Below, one piece after another: positions 50,110 through 62,560 of a DNA stretch of 64,000 bases. The notes below the pieces were generated by a model. The model was not told the DNA's origin and searched no databases. It saw only the letters and a program-made list of their open reading frames with translations. Made by a program: the position numbers and the translations under genes. How positions within the stretch are numbered: position 1 is the first letter of the stretch; each line of letters starts with the position of its first letter. The stretch is taken from assembly GCA_013265495.1 (NCBI GenBank), contig MU061538.1, positions 1,056,001-1,120,000 on the forward strand. Direction: 5' to 3'. This DNA comes from Vicugna vicugna. Its lineage: Eukaryota.

Positions 50110-53100
50110 AGTCTGCAGCTGAGTACAGAGCAGGAAAGTACAGCCCATAATGAGGGGGAAAATCAGGCAAAACTGACTCACAGTTGACGTGATTCGGAAT
50201 TAGACACGGCCATCGGAACATTTCTTGTAGCTCCAATTCACATATTCCAGAAGCTAGAGGAAAGGTTGAACATATTGAGACATAGAAGATACGAACAAGA
50301 ACCAAATAAACTTCTAGAGATGAGAGCTGTAGTATTTGAAATGAAAATACATTGGATGGGATTCCAAAAGCAGACTGGATGTTGCAGAAGAGATAAGACA
50401 TAGCAGCCGAAAACTGAGAAAGAAGCACACAGAGAAGAAAATGGCTGAAAAACTGATCAGGTCATCAGTGGTGTAACTCATGTTCTTGAAGGAGGGAAGA
50501 TTAAGAAAAATATTTGAAAAATTAATGGCAGAAAGATTTCAAGATTAGATGAAAACTGTAAACTCACTTATCCAAGAAGCTCAACTAGCTTTAGGTACAA
50601 GAAACCTGCCAAGACACATCAAGTTGGTCAAAATCAGTGATAAGGAGAAAATCTTAAAAGCGTTCAGAGAAAAAGATGTAAAGTACAAAGGAGCAATGAT
50701 GAAACTCATAGTTTACTTCTTATGGGAAAAGCATGCAAGACAGATGGCAGGGTAGCAACGTCTTGAAAGTACCGAAAGAAGAAAGCCCCGCCAGCTTAGT
50801 TCTATATCCAGTGAAAACACTTTTCCAAATCAAAGTTGCAGTCAGGACCGTGTCAGATGTACAAAAGGCGAAAAGTCATCACCACACACCTACACTGAGG
50901 GGAGACTGGTGGCAGGTAGACGTCTGGATCTGTAAAACGGAGTGAAGAACTCCAGGAGTGGCTAGTGTGCGGGTGAATGCTGGAGCGATGCCACGCTAAT
51001 TCCAGTAAGAAGGGGGACGAAGTAGGTGTGCTATTATCAGAGACGGTTAAGGAACATCCCAGGGTTAGGAAGATTGCTTCATAATGATGAAGGGGTCCAC
51101 TTGTCAAAGTGACACAGTAGTAAACTTTGTCTACCTATCATCTACCTGTCTACTTAAAGATATTTATTAAATAGCTATTAAGTACACGAAGCAAAACTTG
51201 TGGAAATTAAAGGATTAATAGTAAAAAATCACGATTATATTCAGATATACCAATATCCTCTTTTCAATAATTGATGGATCAAGTAGCCAGGAAAAACTCA
51301 AGGCGTGGATACTTTCAAATACTTGAAATTGAAGACTTGAGTAACACTTAACTAACTTGGCCTGTTTGCATTTACGGAACACGCTGCCCATCAGTAGTGG
51401 AATACGCATTCCTTTCAAGTATTCGGGGAGTATTTACCAAGAGGACCGTATTCTGTGCCGTAAGACAGGCCTCAGCACTTTGTCCTGTGTGACACGCTCT
51501 CTGATGACAATGCGATGGAGCAGGGAATCAGCAGCAGCACCGTATCGAGAAAACCCCTCAAGTAAGTGGCCACTAAATAGCACTTGACAGTAGCTCCCAG
51601 GTCAAGGAGCAAGCCGAAAGGGAAATCCGCATACTTTGAAAGGAAAGAAAAATGAAAATAAAACATCTCAAAATTTGTAGCACAAAGGTAACTGTTCAGG
51701 AAAAGAGAAGTCCTTAAGTCAGTTCCCACGGCTTCTACCTTAAGAAACTAGAGAAAGGAGCAAGTGAATCCCAAAGTGAGAAGAAGATGGGAAATGAAAA
51801 AAGATGAGAGGAGACATCAATGAAACAGATGATGGAGAACATCCACGGGGAGGTCAGCCAGGCTGACGGGCGTCAGCCAGATCGCGGGACGGCACCGTCG
51901 TGAATGTCAGGCCTGGGGGCGGTGGCGCCACTCCGACTCTGCGGCTGCTGAAGGGCTGACTGGCGCGCATGCTGAGCACCTTTATGCCAGCAAATTCAAC
52001 AGGTTAGAGAAACGGAAAAATTCCTTGAAAGGCAGAAGCCAGTGAAACCCTCTTATGCATTGTGGAAATGTTACAGACATTGTCACAAATAAAACTCTAG
52101 GCCAGCAAGACTTCATTGTTCTACCAAACACGTAAAGAAGAAATGCTGTCAGCTCTACACAGACTTTTTAAGAAAATTGAGAATGAGGGGCTACTTCCTA
52201 GCTCTGAGACCAGCATCACCCTGATACCAAAACCATGCAGACACACGTGAAAACTGTAGACCAATCTCCCTCACGAACATAGATGCATACATTTTTAACA
52301 AAATTTTAGCCAATCAAATGTAACAATAATAAAAAGGATAATACGTCATCACTTCTTAAAAAAATCGATGAATATAATTCACCATATATACATACTGAAA
52401 ATGAAAATTCGTATGGTCATCGCAATGTATGCAACAAAAGCATATGACAGAACTCAGTGTTCATTCCTGATAAAATCTTCTCAGCAAATGAGACACGAAA
52501 GGGGATTTTCTCATCGTAATAAAAAGCATCTCTGAAAACCCTGCAGATAACATCATACTTAATAGTGAAAGGTTGAATGCTTTTTACTTGTGATCAGAAC
52601 AAGGCAAGGATGTCCTCTCTCACCACTTCTATTCAACATTGTTCTGGTGATTTTTAAACAATAAAGAATATTCAGATTGGAAAGGAAAAAGTAAAACTCT
52701 CTGTTAACAGATGATGTGACTGTCTATACGGAAATTTTTATGGAATCTATTATAAAAAAGCTATTAGAACTAATAAGTGGATTTTGCAAGGTTGCAGGAT
52801 ACAAGACCAATATATAAAACTCCACTGCACTTCTACATACTAGCAATGAGTAATTGGAAATTGACTTAAAAACCAGTGCCATTTTTACACAGTAGAATCA
52901 AAAATATGAAATGCTTTGGGATGTGTCCTCTATGCAGTAAACTAGAAAACACTGCTGAGAAAAATTAAAGAGTACTGTCATAAATGGAGCGAGAGGCTGT
53001 GTTCATAGAAGACAGTACTGCTAAGATGTCCATTCTCCCCAAGTTGATGTTTAGATTCAACACAGTCTCAGTCAAAGTGCCAGCATGCTTTTTCTTTTGT

Positions 53101-54565
53101 AGAAATTGAAATGCTGGTCTAAAATTTAGGTAGGAATTCAAAGGACTTAGAATAGCCGAAACAGCTTTGAAAGAGAACAGAATTGGAGCGCTGACTGCCC
53201 AACTTGGAGTTTAAGGCCCTCGTAGCTGAGACTGCGGTAACAGCACAGAGATAGACATATAGATCAACTAAATAGAACAGAGTGTCCAGGAATGTATCAT
53301 TATAACATATTGTCATTTTACTTTTAACCAAGGTGCAAAGGCAATTTGGTGGAAAAAGGCTATTTTCAACAAATGGTATTGGAGCAATCATAGGCAAAAA
53401 ATGAACTTCAGTTCATATCTGGCACTGTATACAAAAAGTGATTCAAAAAGACCATAGACCTAAATGTAAATCCTTAAACTGTAACACTTACAGAGGGAAA
53501 CATAGGAGAAAGTCTTTGACACTGGGCTCGACTGTAACTTGGGTAAGACAATTATGCTGCAAGCATGCTAAGGCATGATCCATAAAGAAAACGTTGGTCG
53601 ATTGCACTTCATCAGCATGAAGGAATTTTGTTCTTTGAAAAGTACTGTTAAGAGAATGCAGAGACAGTCCACAGAGTGGGAGGAAGTGTCTGCAAATCCT
53701 ATACCAGATAAGGGACTTGTAGTCAAAGTATTTAAAGACCTTGCCAAACTCAGGACACAAACAGACAACCCAATGACAATGGACACCAGATTTGAAGAGA
53801 CATTTTAGCAGAGAAGATATAGATGGATGGCAAATAAGTTCATGAAAAGATGTTCACATCATTATTCATTGGGGAAACGCAAATTAAAACAGTAGTGAGA
53901 GACCACTGTACACCTGTTGGAATGGCTGAAACTAAGAACACTGCCCATACCATTTTTTTGGTCAAAATGCAGATGAAATTTGAACCCTGCTGGTGGGAAT
54001 GTAAAATTATACACTCAACTTTGGAAAACATTTTGACATTTTCTTAAAATGTTAACTGTACACCTGCTGTCTGTCCCAGACATTGCATGTCCACGTACTT
54101 CCCACAGAGAAACGAAAGCCTGTGTCCGTACGAAGACTTGTATGTGTTTATATAACAGCTTTAGTTGTGAGAGCCACAACCCAGACAGCAGTTTGCAGGT
54201 GGATGGATGCTGTGTAGTAACTGTACTGAATCTGATACAAAGGGACAGACTATTGATACTGTCAGTGTTGAAAAAAATCTCAAAATAATTGTGCCACGGG
54301 ACAGACTCCAGACAAAAACAAGGTTACATACTACACATTACCATTTTTAGAAAGTTTTGGAAAACACAGTCTTTTCTAAGGTTCACAATCTGGTGGGTGG
54401 AGTATGGGTTGGGGTGGGGAGTGGCAGGAGGCTGTGATTATAAAATGGCATGAGGAAACGTGGGGGTGATGGATACATTCATTATCTTGGTTATGGTGAC
54501 ATAACTGCCCAGTTTTATGAAATTGTACACTTTGTAGTTTATATCAATTGTAACTCAATAAATTT
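50110..54565 (+). mobile_element. Long degenerate L1 (ORF1, ORF2, 3'UTR), sense to LMBR1 in intron 4
   Basis: ORF1-like PRHIKLVKISDKEKILKAFREK. ORF2-like FCSLKSTVKRMQRQSTEWEEVSANPIPDKGLV and SLFIGETQIKTVVRDHCTPVGMA. Ends tgtaactcaataaa. Confidence 0.9.
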
Positions 54566-56491
54566 GCTACAAATTAGTATTTTTACTTTTTATGTACATC
54601 ATGATTTTCTGCAAAGTGATCGTGGGTGCTCAGAAAGTAGGATAGTTTGGTACAGAAACTACTTAGCGCTGTGTGTTAGCCTCTGGGCATACGACTGTTA
54701 CTGAAAGCAGAAAATCATAAAGTGCTCATTTTGTTACAGGCGTGCTGACTGTTGTTCATGCCTTATTGCGCCTAGTTCTCCGCACCACCTGCGGACGTGA
54801 TGCTCAGCCTCGCTGCACAGGTGAAGAAGCTGTGACTTGGAAGGGCTGTCACGTGCAAGTGCAGACGGGGCTTGAGCCCAGGCCTGTCTGAAACTCCAGT
54901 GTGTGCGTTTGGCCACCATCCTGTGTGCTCTTCTTAGTTATTAACACAGTACAGCAACTGGCCATAATTACAACCCCTGTGAATGAAGAAGAGGGTTAAG
55001 ATCTTAAGCATTTTTTTTTTTCAGGACTGGAAAGTGGAAAAGTATTTTAGAACAGTTTTTATTTTTAAAATTGCAAATTTAAGTTCTTCTTAAGACATTG
55101 TTTTCTGAAACATTTTGTAGAACATTTTATTTCCTGCTAAGGTAAATATATACTCTAAAATTCGTTCATTCTATCTAGATTCTTGAGTAAGGAACTTGTA
55201 AATTGATTTTTAATTATATCACCCTACCTACTAAAGGAAGTAAATCTCTTTAGGTAACCTGTACAGGTGCTGAATTCTTTCTTTTTATTTGTTTGTATTC
55301 CATGCTGTTCCAAAAAGGATTTAGGGCACTTATGAAACATGTATGTTAATTTGTAACCAACACAACTGTAAACTAGTTGACTTTGGTTCCCAGACAGCTC
55401 AGTGTATAGTCTCATAGGTCTGGAGTGGAAGCTGTGAGGACAGAGGTTTGCCTGAAACAGAGAGCTTTGTAAATAAGGGTTTTGAAAGAACAGCAGTTAC
55501 CTCTTTGCAAAAACATTGGGTTATAATTGCATGTAGTCCATTGAACTTATGCTTAGCATAATTTTTATCTTTGATTCTTGATCTTACAAATTTTAATGAA
55601 GGTTATAGCCATCAGTTTTAAAGTTGACTATTTTACGTATAAAGAGTGAGAGGTTGGGTCAAATATTATTCCAGTGACATACCTGAAGTTCTGTCTTTTA
55701 AAAAATCTAGTATTATCATCTAAGTTGCTTTTTATTGTGATTTCATGAGAGCAGAATGTGCCAGAAAGGGAAAAGGTGATGTGAGCTTGCCTGCCCCTTT
55801 TACTTTTTCTTTCCCACTTGGAATCGCTTACTAAAACTTCTGTGATGTCGTGGTTTTAAAAAATCCCCGGAGTTAGTGCAGCTCCTTGTAGGCTCTGCAG
55901 CCTCGGCAGGTTTTGCGTAGCCAGCCTCTGCCGCGTCGGGGGTTGCCGTGAGGAGCAGATGAGTTTGTGTAATAATCTGTAAATCACATAGAATAGTGCT
56001 CAACGTAAGGGCTCAATAAATGCTAATTATTACTTTTAGGGTTTTTATGAGGCTTAAATTAAACAAGGTTGTACATGTAGAATGTTCAGTAGAGTATCTG
56101 GCATTTATTAAGTGCTCAATAAATGCTAGTGGCTCTAATTTGAATATTCAGGTGCCAATATGTCTGAAGAGGCTGTGTCTTTGCATCTTTGCATGTGTCG
56201 TATCTTTAGTGAATGCATTTTAGGGCTTGAGGAAAAATCGTTAGTTTTTGTGTTGACTTTTCCCAATAGGTACAAGTTACAAAGCTATAAACAGTTTGGA
56301 GAAATATGTAATCATTTTTCTGGTTTCTAAGTTTAAGTCATTTGTTAGGCCTCCCTCTCCAAGTTTATGTTTATTTTCACTGTTAAAAAGTACAGAACTT
56401 TGACTAGTGTCACAGGCTAGCTCTGTGATTCTCTTTGGCAGGACTTGTCAGTGTCTAACTCATCTTTCTTCCGTTGTTCTCCGCCCTGCAG

Positions 56492-56595
56492 GTTTGTGGA
56501 ACCTTGCTTCTCTCTTTTCCAATCTTTGTTTATTTGTGTTGATGCCCTTTGCCTTTTTCTTTCTGGAATCAGAAGGTTTTGCTGGCCTAAAAAAG
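56492..56595 (+). CDS. LMBR1: LMBR1 coding exon 5 (gene continues beyond the window)
   Basis: Acceptor ttctccgccctgcag|GT. 104 nt encoding (G)LWNLASLFSNLCLFVLMPFAFFFLESEGFAGLKK, visible in ORF 56407..56634. Donor AAG|gtaagt. Cumulative CDS is 423 nt. No exon 6 seen before 64000. Confidence 0.97.
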
Positions 56596-59500
56596 GTAAG
56601 TGAATTGTGTTTTAGAATTAAATGTACTAAATGAAGAAGTAAATATCAGTCTTGCTGAGCTAGGAAAACAAGGCTTCAATAGCCATTTTACTGGATTGTA
56701 AAAAGTTTACTAATAACCTCTTGTTAATATTAATAATGTTTTTACAATACTACTGATAGTGTCACATATTAAGTTGTTTCACATGTCCACAGGGAGGAAG
56801 TCGTCTTTTGACCTTTGAGTGCTTTGGTAGTAGGTGCAAAGTTGGTGGGGTACTCTTTTGTTGAATGAACGAGCCTGATACAATAGCTATTACTCCTTTC
56901 TTAGGCTGTCTCATTTAGTGTAAAGCATGACGGGAACTTCTAAAAACCTTAAAATGTATCTTGTTGTGAAAGTGTTTCACATCCAGTGTTTTCGGGAGAG
57001 TGGCATGTTACAATGCTCCCCCGGATAGGCAGATCCCCAGGGTACTGTGACTTACTGCTGTTAGGTGAATGTGGGAGTGTCAGAGGTGGGCAAAACAGGA
57101 GACTGCAAGAGCAGCCTAAACGGTCGGTCCAGACGTTCCAAATGCTAGTAACTGTCTGTCCTTGAGCATAACGACTTAAAGTGAAGGGAACAGCATTTCT
57201 GTTTACAGCTTGCTGAGCTCTTTGCTATAAAAGCTTGGAATATACTGCATGGATTTCAGTGACTTTTTGGGTGACTTTTGAGCATGACAAAATGAGTTCT
57301 AGTGTTGCGTTTTATAGGCATTGTTCGCCTTTTAATTTTTAGGAGGCTTATTCATACTCACGCGGTGACGCGTGGAGTGAGGGTGTGCCCGTGCGTCTTG
57401 TCAGGTAATACGCCAGCTAAGTAGAGCGGCACGGGAAGCTTTCAGCTGTGTGTGATCCTTACTGCGGTTTCTCACGTAACCTCTTGTGCTTCTTAGGGAT
57501 GCAGTTGTTGTGGTGTAACATTTCGATAGTTCTTCTGACTTGAAGCCTCAGGTATAGCGCGTTTTTGATCTGTACATTGAAGGGTGCCGTGAAGAATCAC
57601 TGAGAGGTGACACGTGCGTTGTTTTAGTGGGCTCATTTTTCTGTTTTCCATGTATTCTTCCATGCTTTAACAGTCTGCTGCTGGGAACTAACAGTTGGTT
57701 TCGTATTTAGTCTCATGCACTAAATTATTTGTTGTATTTGGCGGTCAAACCGGCATTGAGAAAACTGGCTTTCCTATATTTGTTTTTTCTAATGGTGTTT
57801 TTAAACTATTTAAGTTACCCATGTAATGTGAAAGAATTATATAGTTTCCGTTTAAAAAGCTGTGTGTTCATAATTTCTTGGATAATTATAGGAAGTTTTA
57901 TTGCTGAAAGGGATTTAGTTCAAACCCTCCTTTTATAAGGAGGAAACTGAGGTCCAAAGATATTAAGTGTTATTAAATTGTCTAAAAACCACATATGCAC
58001 AATTGCAGAACCAGGACTGAGACCCAGGGGTTGCTTCTAACCTCCCCAAAGCATGCATGCTTTTTGCATGCCAGCACTGTGCAGAGCACAGCTAAAGCCA
58101 ACAAGGCAGGTGATGTGGCCAGGACAAATGAGGTGAAGGAGCAGAGGGGATCGTGGCACGCTGGCGGAGGGAGGAGCCGGGAAGGGTTCTGAGTGGGTGT
58201 GCCAGGCGGTGGGAGAGCAAAGGGACAGCGGTCTGCAGGCTGACAGCCCAAGCTCTCAGAGAGCAGGGTGGGAGCATGACACACAGCCAGGCTGAGCTCA
58301 TCGGAGCACTTGAGAAAGCAGTTTCTGTAGAATTTTGGAGACTTTTGATGAGTATTCATTCATTTGACAGAGTTTCACCAAGCATTTCCTAAGTGGTAGT
58401 TGTCATGCTATTATAGGAGCTTGCTGGGGACAGAAATGAAAAGACACCACTTGCACTCAGGGGATGAGCAGAGGAAGAAGTCAGAAACGCAGACAGAACC
58501 CCTGTGGCGGGTGGACTTCTGTGCAGCGAGCCGCGCCGGGAGGGGTGCCGAGCTTGGCCTGGGGAGCCCGGGGAGGCTTCCCGGGGGGAGTTAGCCTGCT
58601 CTTGCGCCGGGACTCGAGGGTGAGCTCCCAGGCCCGAGCACAGGCCAGGGTTCCGGCTGAACTGACGGAGCGGCTGGTACTCAGCTGCAGAACAGAGAAC
58701 GACGAGAGGTGGCTCGTCAGGGTCACATCCTGGAGGCCTGAGTCTCTACCGGACGGTGGACAGCAGGGAATCGGCAAAGGATTTTTGATAAGAATTTTTG
58801 CACCCACTTTTATTTAGGCAAATTTAGAGATAAATACACATGTCAGAATTTCAGCACGTCACGAGGGGAGGGAGCACGTGCACCACACAGTGCAAGACTG
58901 GTTTAGAGACATCACCACGCTGGCTCAGCCACGCACCCGGCTCTGCTAAACCGAGCGCTTCAGTGTGTGTCCCTGCAGTTGCCGTGTTGGGGTTTGCTTT
59001 AATAAATACGCAGTTCGCCCTTCCCTGCCTCTGCCTCGTGCGATCTTATCGAGCGGAAATGACCAGCGAAGCTCAGTGTTAAATACATTTTCATGTTTGG
59101 TATCAAAGGTATGCTGCTTAGTTACACGTTCTGTGAAAACCTACTTACTAGTTAGATTATTTTCAAAAGCAGTGTGCAATGTGGACACACCCCTTGCCTT
59201 CAGATTATTTTCCTCCCTTCTTGTGAACTAACCAGCGAGAAAAGGGGCCTGGCCAAATCTGGAGCAGAGTTAGCACCCACCTCTAGAATTAACCCTGGTC
59301 ATGTGTCGCTGTTCTCCGGTGTCCCTTACAGACTGCGGTCAAAGCAGGGAGTCAGCCTGGGGGTGGGGGGACACAAGAAGGTAAGAGAAGCTGTTTTGCA
59401 CATACAGCTGTACAGGAGTTCTGCCCTCTAATTTTTTACTTCTAGTCTCTTTATACAAGATTAAAAGAATGCCTTTTCTAAGCGCATCTCTCTGTCTCCT

Positions 59501-60649
59501 CAAAATCTGTCAATGTCACCAGCTACACTTCATGATCTCAAAGGGGACTGACATGTTGAGTGATTGTAGGGTGTAGTCGATGTGACCATTCCAGTTAATT
59601 CCCAGACACAGCAAAGAGGCTAAAAAGTGGGGGAGAAGGCACGGCTCAGGATGGTTACCGTTTAGTAGACTTGGGCAGCTGGGGAATGAAAGGAGTTGTA
59701 GAAACCAGATTCAAGTGTTTGGTTTTTAACGCTCTCAAAGGAAGGAGGGAGACAGGTCGTGGCTCGGAGGAGACGAGATAGGATGGTTCTGCTGTTAGTG
59801 TGCTGATGGGGAGGGGCCGGGGGAGAGAGTGCAGGTACTAAGGTGAGAAAATTTACCTTTGGTGCCAGACTGCCTGGGCTGGTTATGTCAGCTAGACCAC
59901 AGGTTTTCTTTCTGTACAATGGGTGTAGTCATGATCGTGACCCTACTGTTCAATTTGGAGGATTGAATGAGGGGTGATTATTCAGGCCAGGCGCATAGGC
60001 CGGGTTTAGCTCAGCCTGTGTCAGCTGTCAGCACCTCGGTCCTAGAGCTTGGTGCATCTGGCTGGTAGGTCTTCTGGAGGACGTCCGAGTGACGTGGATG
60101 GAGCATTAGGAAGCAGCAAAGTGCAGCAGAGTCAGCTCTTGATTACTCACGTATTGTTGTTATCTTTGGCAACTTTAAGATTCCAGGTGACTTTCCCCAT
60201 TTTGAAATGGCATGTAGTGAAGGAGAATTGAAACTGCCTGAAGAGAAGGTACGTCTAGACCCTGGGAGAAGTGTTTAGAGAGCTTTAAAGTTGGGGAATC
60301 GTGGCATGTTGTTTTATAATACTCACATTTTTCAGTTTTAAAATCAATTACTTGGAAGTTGCAAGGGTTATTGTTAATGTTCTACATTTAAGTCTAAATG
60401 TGTAAAGTGTATGTCTGAGCCTTTCAGCGTTGTGCCTTCCTGTTGGGTCAGACCACTCGGTAGCACTTGCACAGGTTCCGAACAGCACTGGGGCAGATCT
60501 GGGCTGCTGGCCGCCTCGCTGTCAGGAACTCTGCTGCTCTGCCGGGGCGAGCGGCCTGCTGACGTCTGCAGCGCGCTTGCTGGCAAGCGTGTGTACTTGT
60601 GTGTATCCTTTAAAGCCCGTTGCTCACTGGTTACGTCTGACACATCTGC

Positions 60650-61100
60650 TTCCAAGGGGACACTGAGGACAGCTTAGAAAACACTTCTAGTTGGTAGATT
60701 CAGCGCAGTGACTTGCATAACGACGAGCTTGTAACGCAGTGAAGTTAAACGTCCTTTCCCCTTCGGCCGCCCTCCTGGCGCTGTTTTACTGCGGCTGCGT
60801 CTGGTGGGCCCCTGACTAGCGTGCGGCCCCGCCAAGCCCCCACTGACTCCCCTGGGCAGTCAGTTTTAAAGCAGCCCCTTGCACACTGTGCCGGGACGCG
60901 GAAATTGGCCACTAGCCACGGCGGATGCAGAGCTTGAATTGAAAATCAAATTAAACAGAATTCTCTACTTAGTTTTTAATTAAACCACTATGTTAATTCA
61001 AACAGGACATTTCAGGCCTGGGGGGTTGACCATGTCCTTTCAAGGGCCTTAAGTCTCCTTTCTTCTCTGTGCTTACCGTGGTGTGTGTTTCTTTTTCACT
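60650..61100. promoter_or_regulatory. Probable pre-ZRS (pZRS) conserved element
   Basis: Non-repetitive CpG-rich patch ~0.7-1.1 kb on the exon-5 side of the ZRS, where the pZRS lies in other mammals. Positional call only; boundaries uncertain. Confidence 0.4.
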
Positions 61101-61794
61101 AGGACCGTCTCCTCGCCATTCCCATTCTTTATAATTTCTTCAGAGTAAGAGAGTGTAAGTGGTCTTGGTAAAGCAAGTTTTTTCTGGTTTTTTTTTTTTG
61201 GTAAGAAGGTAACTTTTATCTTGGCATTCTGACTTACATTCACAGTTAAATATTTCTCTCATTTAGATTATTTCACTATTACCTACATATATTGTATCAA
61301 GCATTACATGTTCATGTGTGTTTGAACCTGACACCATGCTTGCATCTTGTTTCAGCTCTGATAAAGAGGTTGCATCTGCTGGGTTTTGGTTGTGTTTTGC
61401 GGTAGAGATGTTTCCTCCACAGTTTTTATCTGGGTCGCTCAGTCATACACCAGAGGACAAGGGTCCGGGGATTGACAGCACTCTGTTCCTGCTACATCTC
61501 AGATCAGTGGTGCGAGTTTCTCTCCCTACTCTGCCTCACAGAGACATCTAGATTATCTGGGGTGATGTCAGAAGATGGTTTTCAGTTGCATAATGAACTC
61601 CGAAAGTAACCTCTGGCCAGGGTTTAGAAGGGAGTTAGGAATGTGTTTGTTTCATGTGGTATCTTAACATCTTACTTTGAATTTAAAAGACATGAGAAAA
61701 AAATTCAACAACTTAGTGAAAGTAAAAAAAATCTCTTCAGTGACAGATTATTTCATAAACCAAAGATGTTTCTGGGAGTAACTTTATATTGTGC

Positions 61795-62560
61795 TTCACA
61801 TTAATGCCTATCTTTGATTTGAAGTCATGGCATAAAATTTAACATAAGTGACAGCAACATCCTGACCAATTACCCAAGCCATCCAGACGTCCCTAAATGT
61901 CCAGAACATAGCACATGGTCTGTAGGATTAAGAGGTTAACTCCTATAACTTCAAACGAAGTGCTTGATAATAAAAGCAAAAAGTACAAAATTTGAGGTAA
62001 CTTCCTTTCTTAATTAATGAGACTGACCAGGTGGAAGCGGAGGGCTGGGTGCTGGTGCTCGGCAGGTCTATAAAGCTGAGCACCGTGACAGCACCATGGA
62101 GGAGGAACAGAGATCGCTTTAATATGTTTCTATCCTGTGTCACAGTTTGAAATTGTCCTGGTTTATGTCCCTTTTGGCAAACTTACATAAAAGTGACCTT
62201 GTACTGTATTTTATGACCAGATGACTTTTTCCCCCCAGTGACTAATTTGTATCAGGCCTCCATCTTAAAGAGACACAGAAATGAGTAGGAAGTCCAGCTC
62301 GGGCTCAGTGAGCTTTCATTGCGTTCTTTCATTATTTTTGCTCGTTTTTGCCACTGATCATCCATAAATTGTTGGAAATGAGTGATTAAGGAAGTGCTGC
62401 TTAGTGTTAGTGGCACATGCGCATATTTGGCATGTTTTTGTGGGTGAGAGGAAATCACGTACACAAAGGGAAACTCCTGCTGGGAACCTTTCAAGGAAAT
62501 TTACCTTGGGTCTCGTTTTGATCTTGATGTTTATTACAGAAAATGGAGTCATATCTCACC
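61795..62560. promoter_or_regulatory. ZRS (ZPA regulatory sequence, MFCS1): long-range limb enhancer of SHH in LMBR1 intron 5
   Basis: About 5.2 kb downstream of exon 5. Contains hallmark ZRS blocks TTAATGCCTATCTTTGATTTGAAGTC, TTTGGCAAACTTACATAAAAGTGACCTTGTACTGTATTTTATGACCAGATGACT and GATTAAGGAAGTGCTGCTTAGTGTTAGTGGCACATGCGCATATTTGG. Boundaries approximate. Confidence 0.97.
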
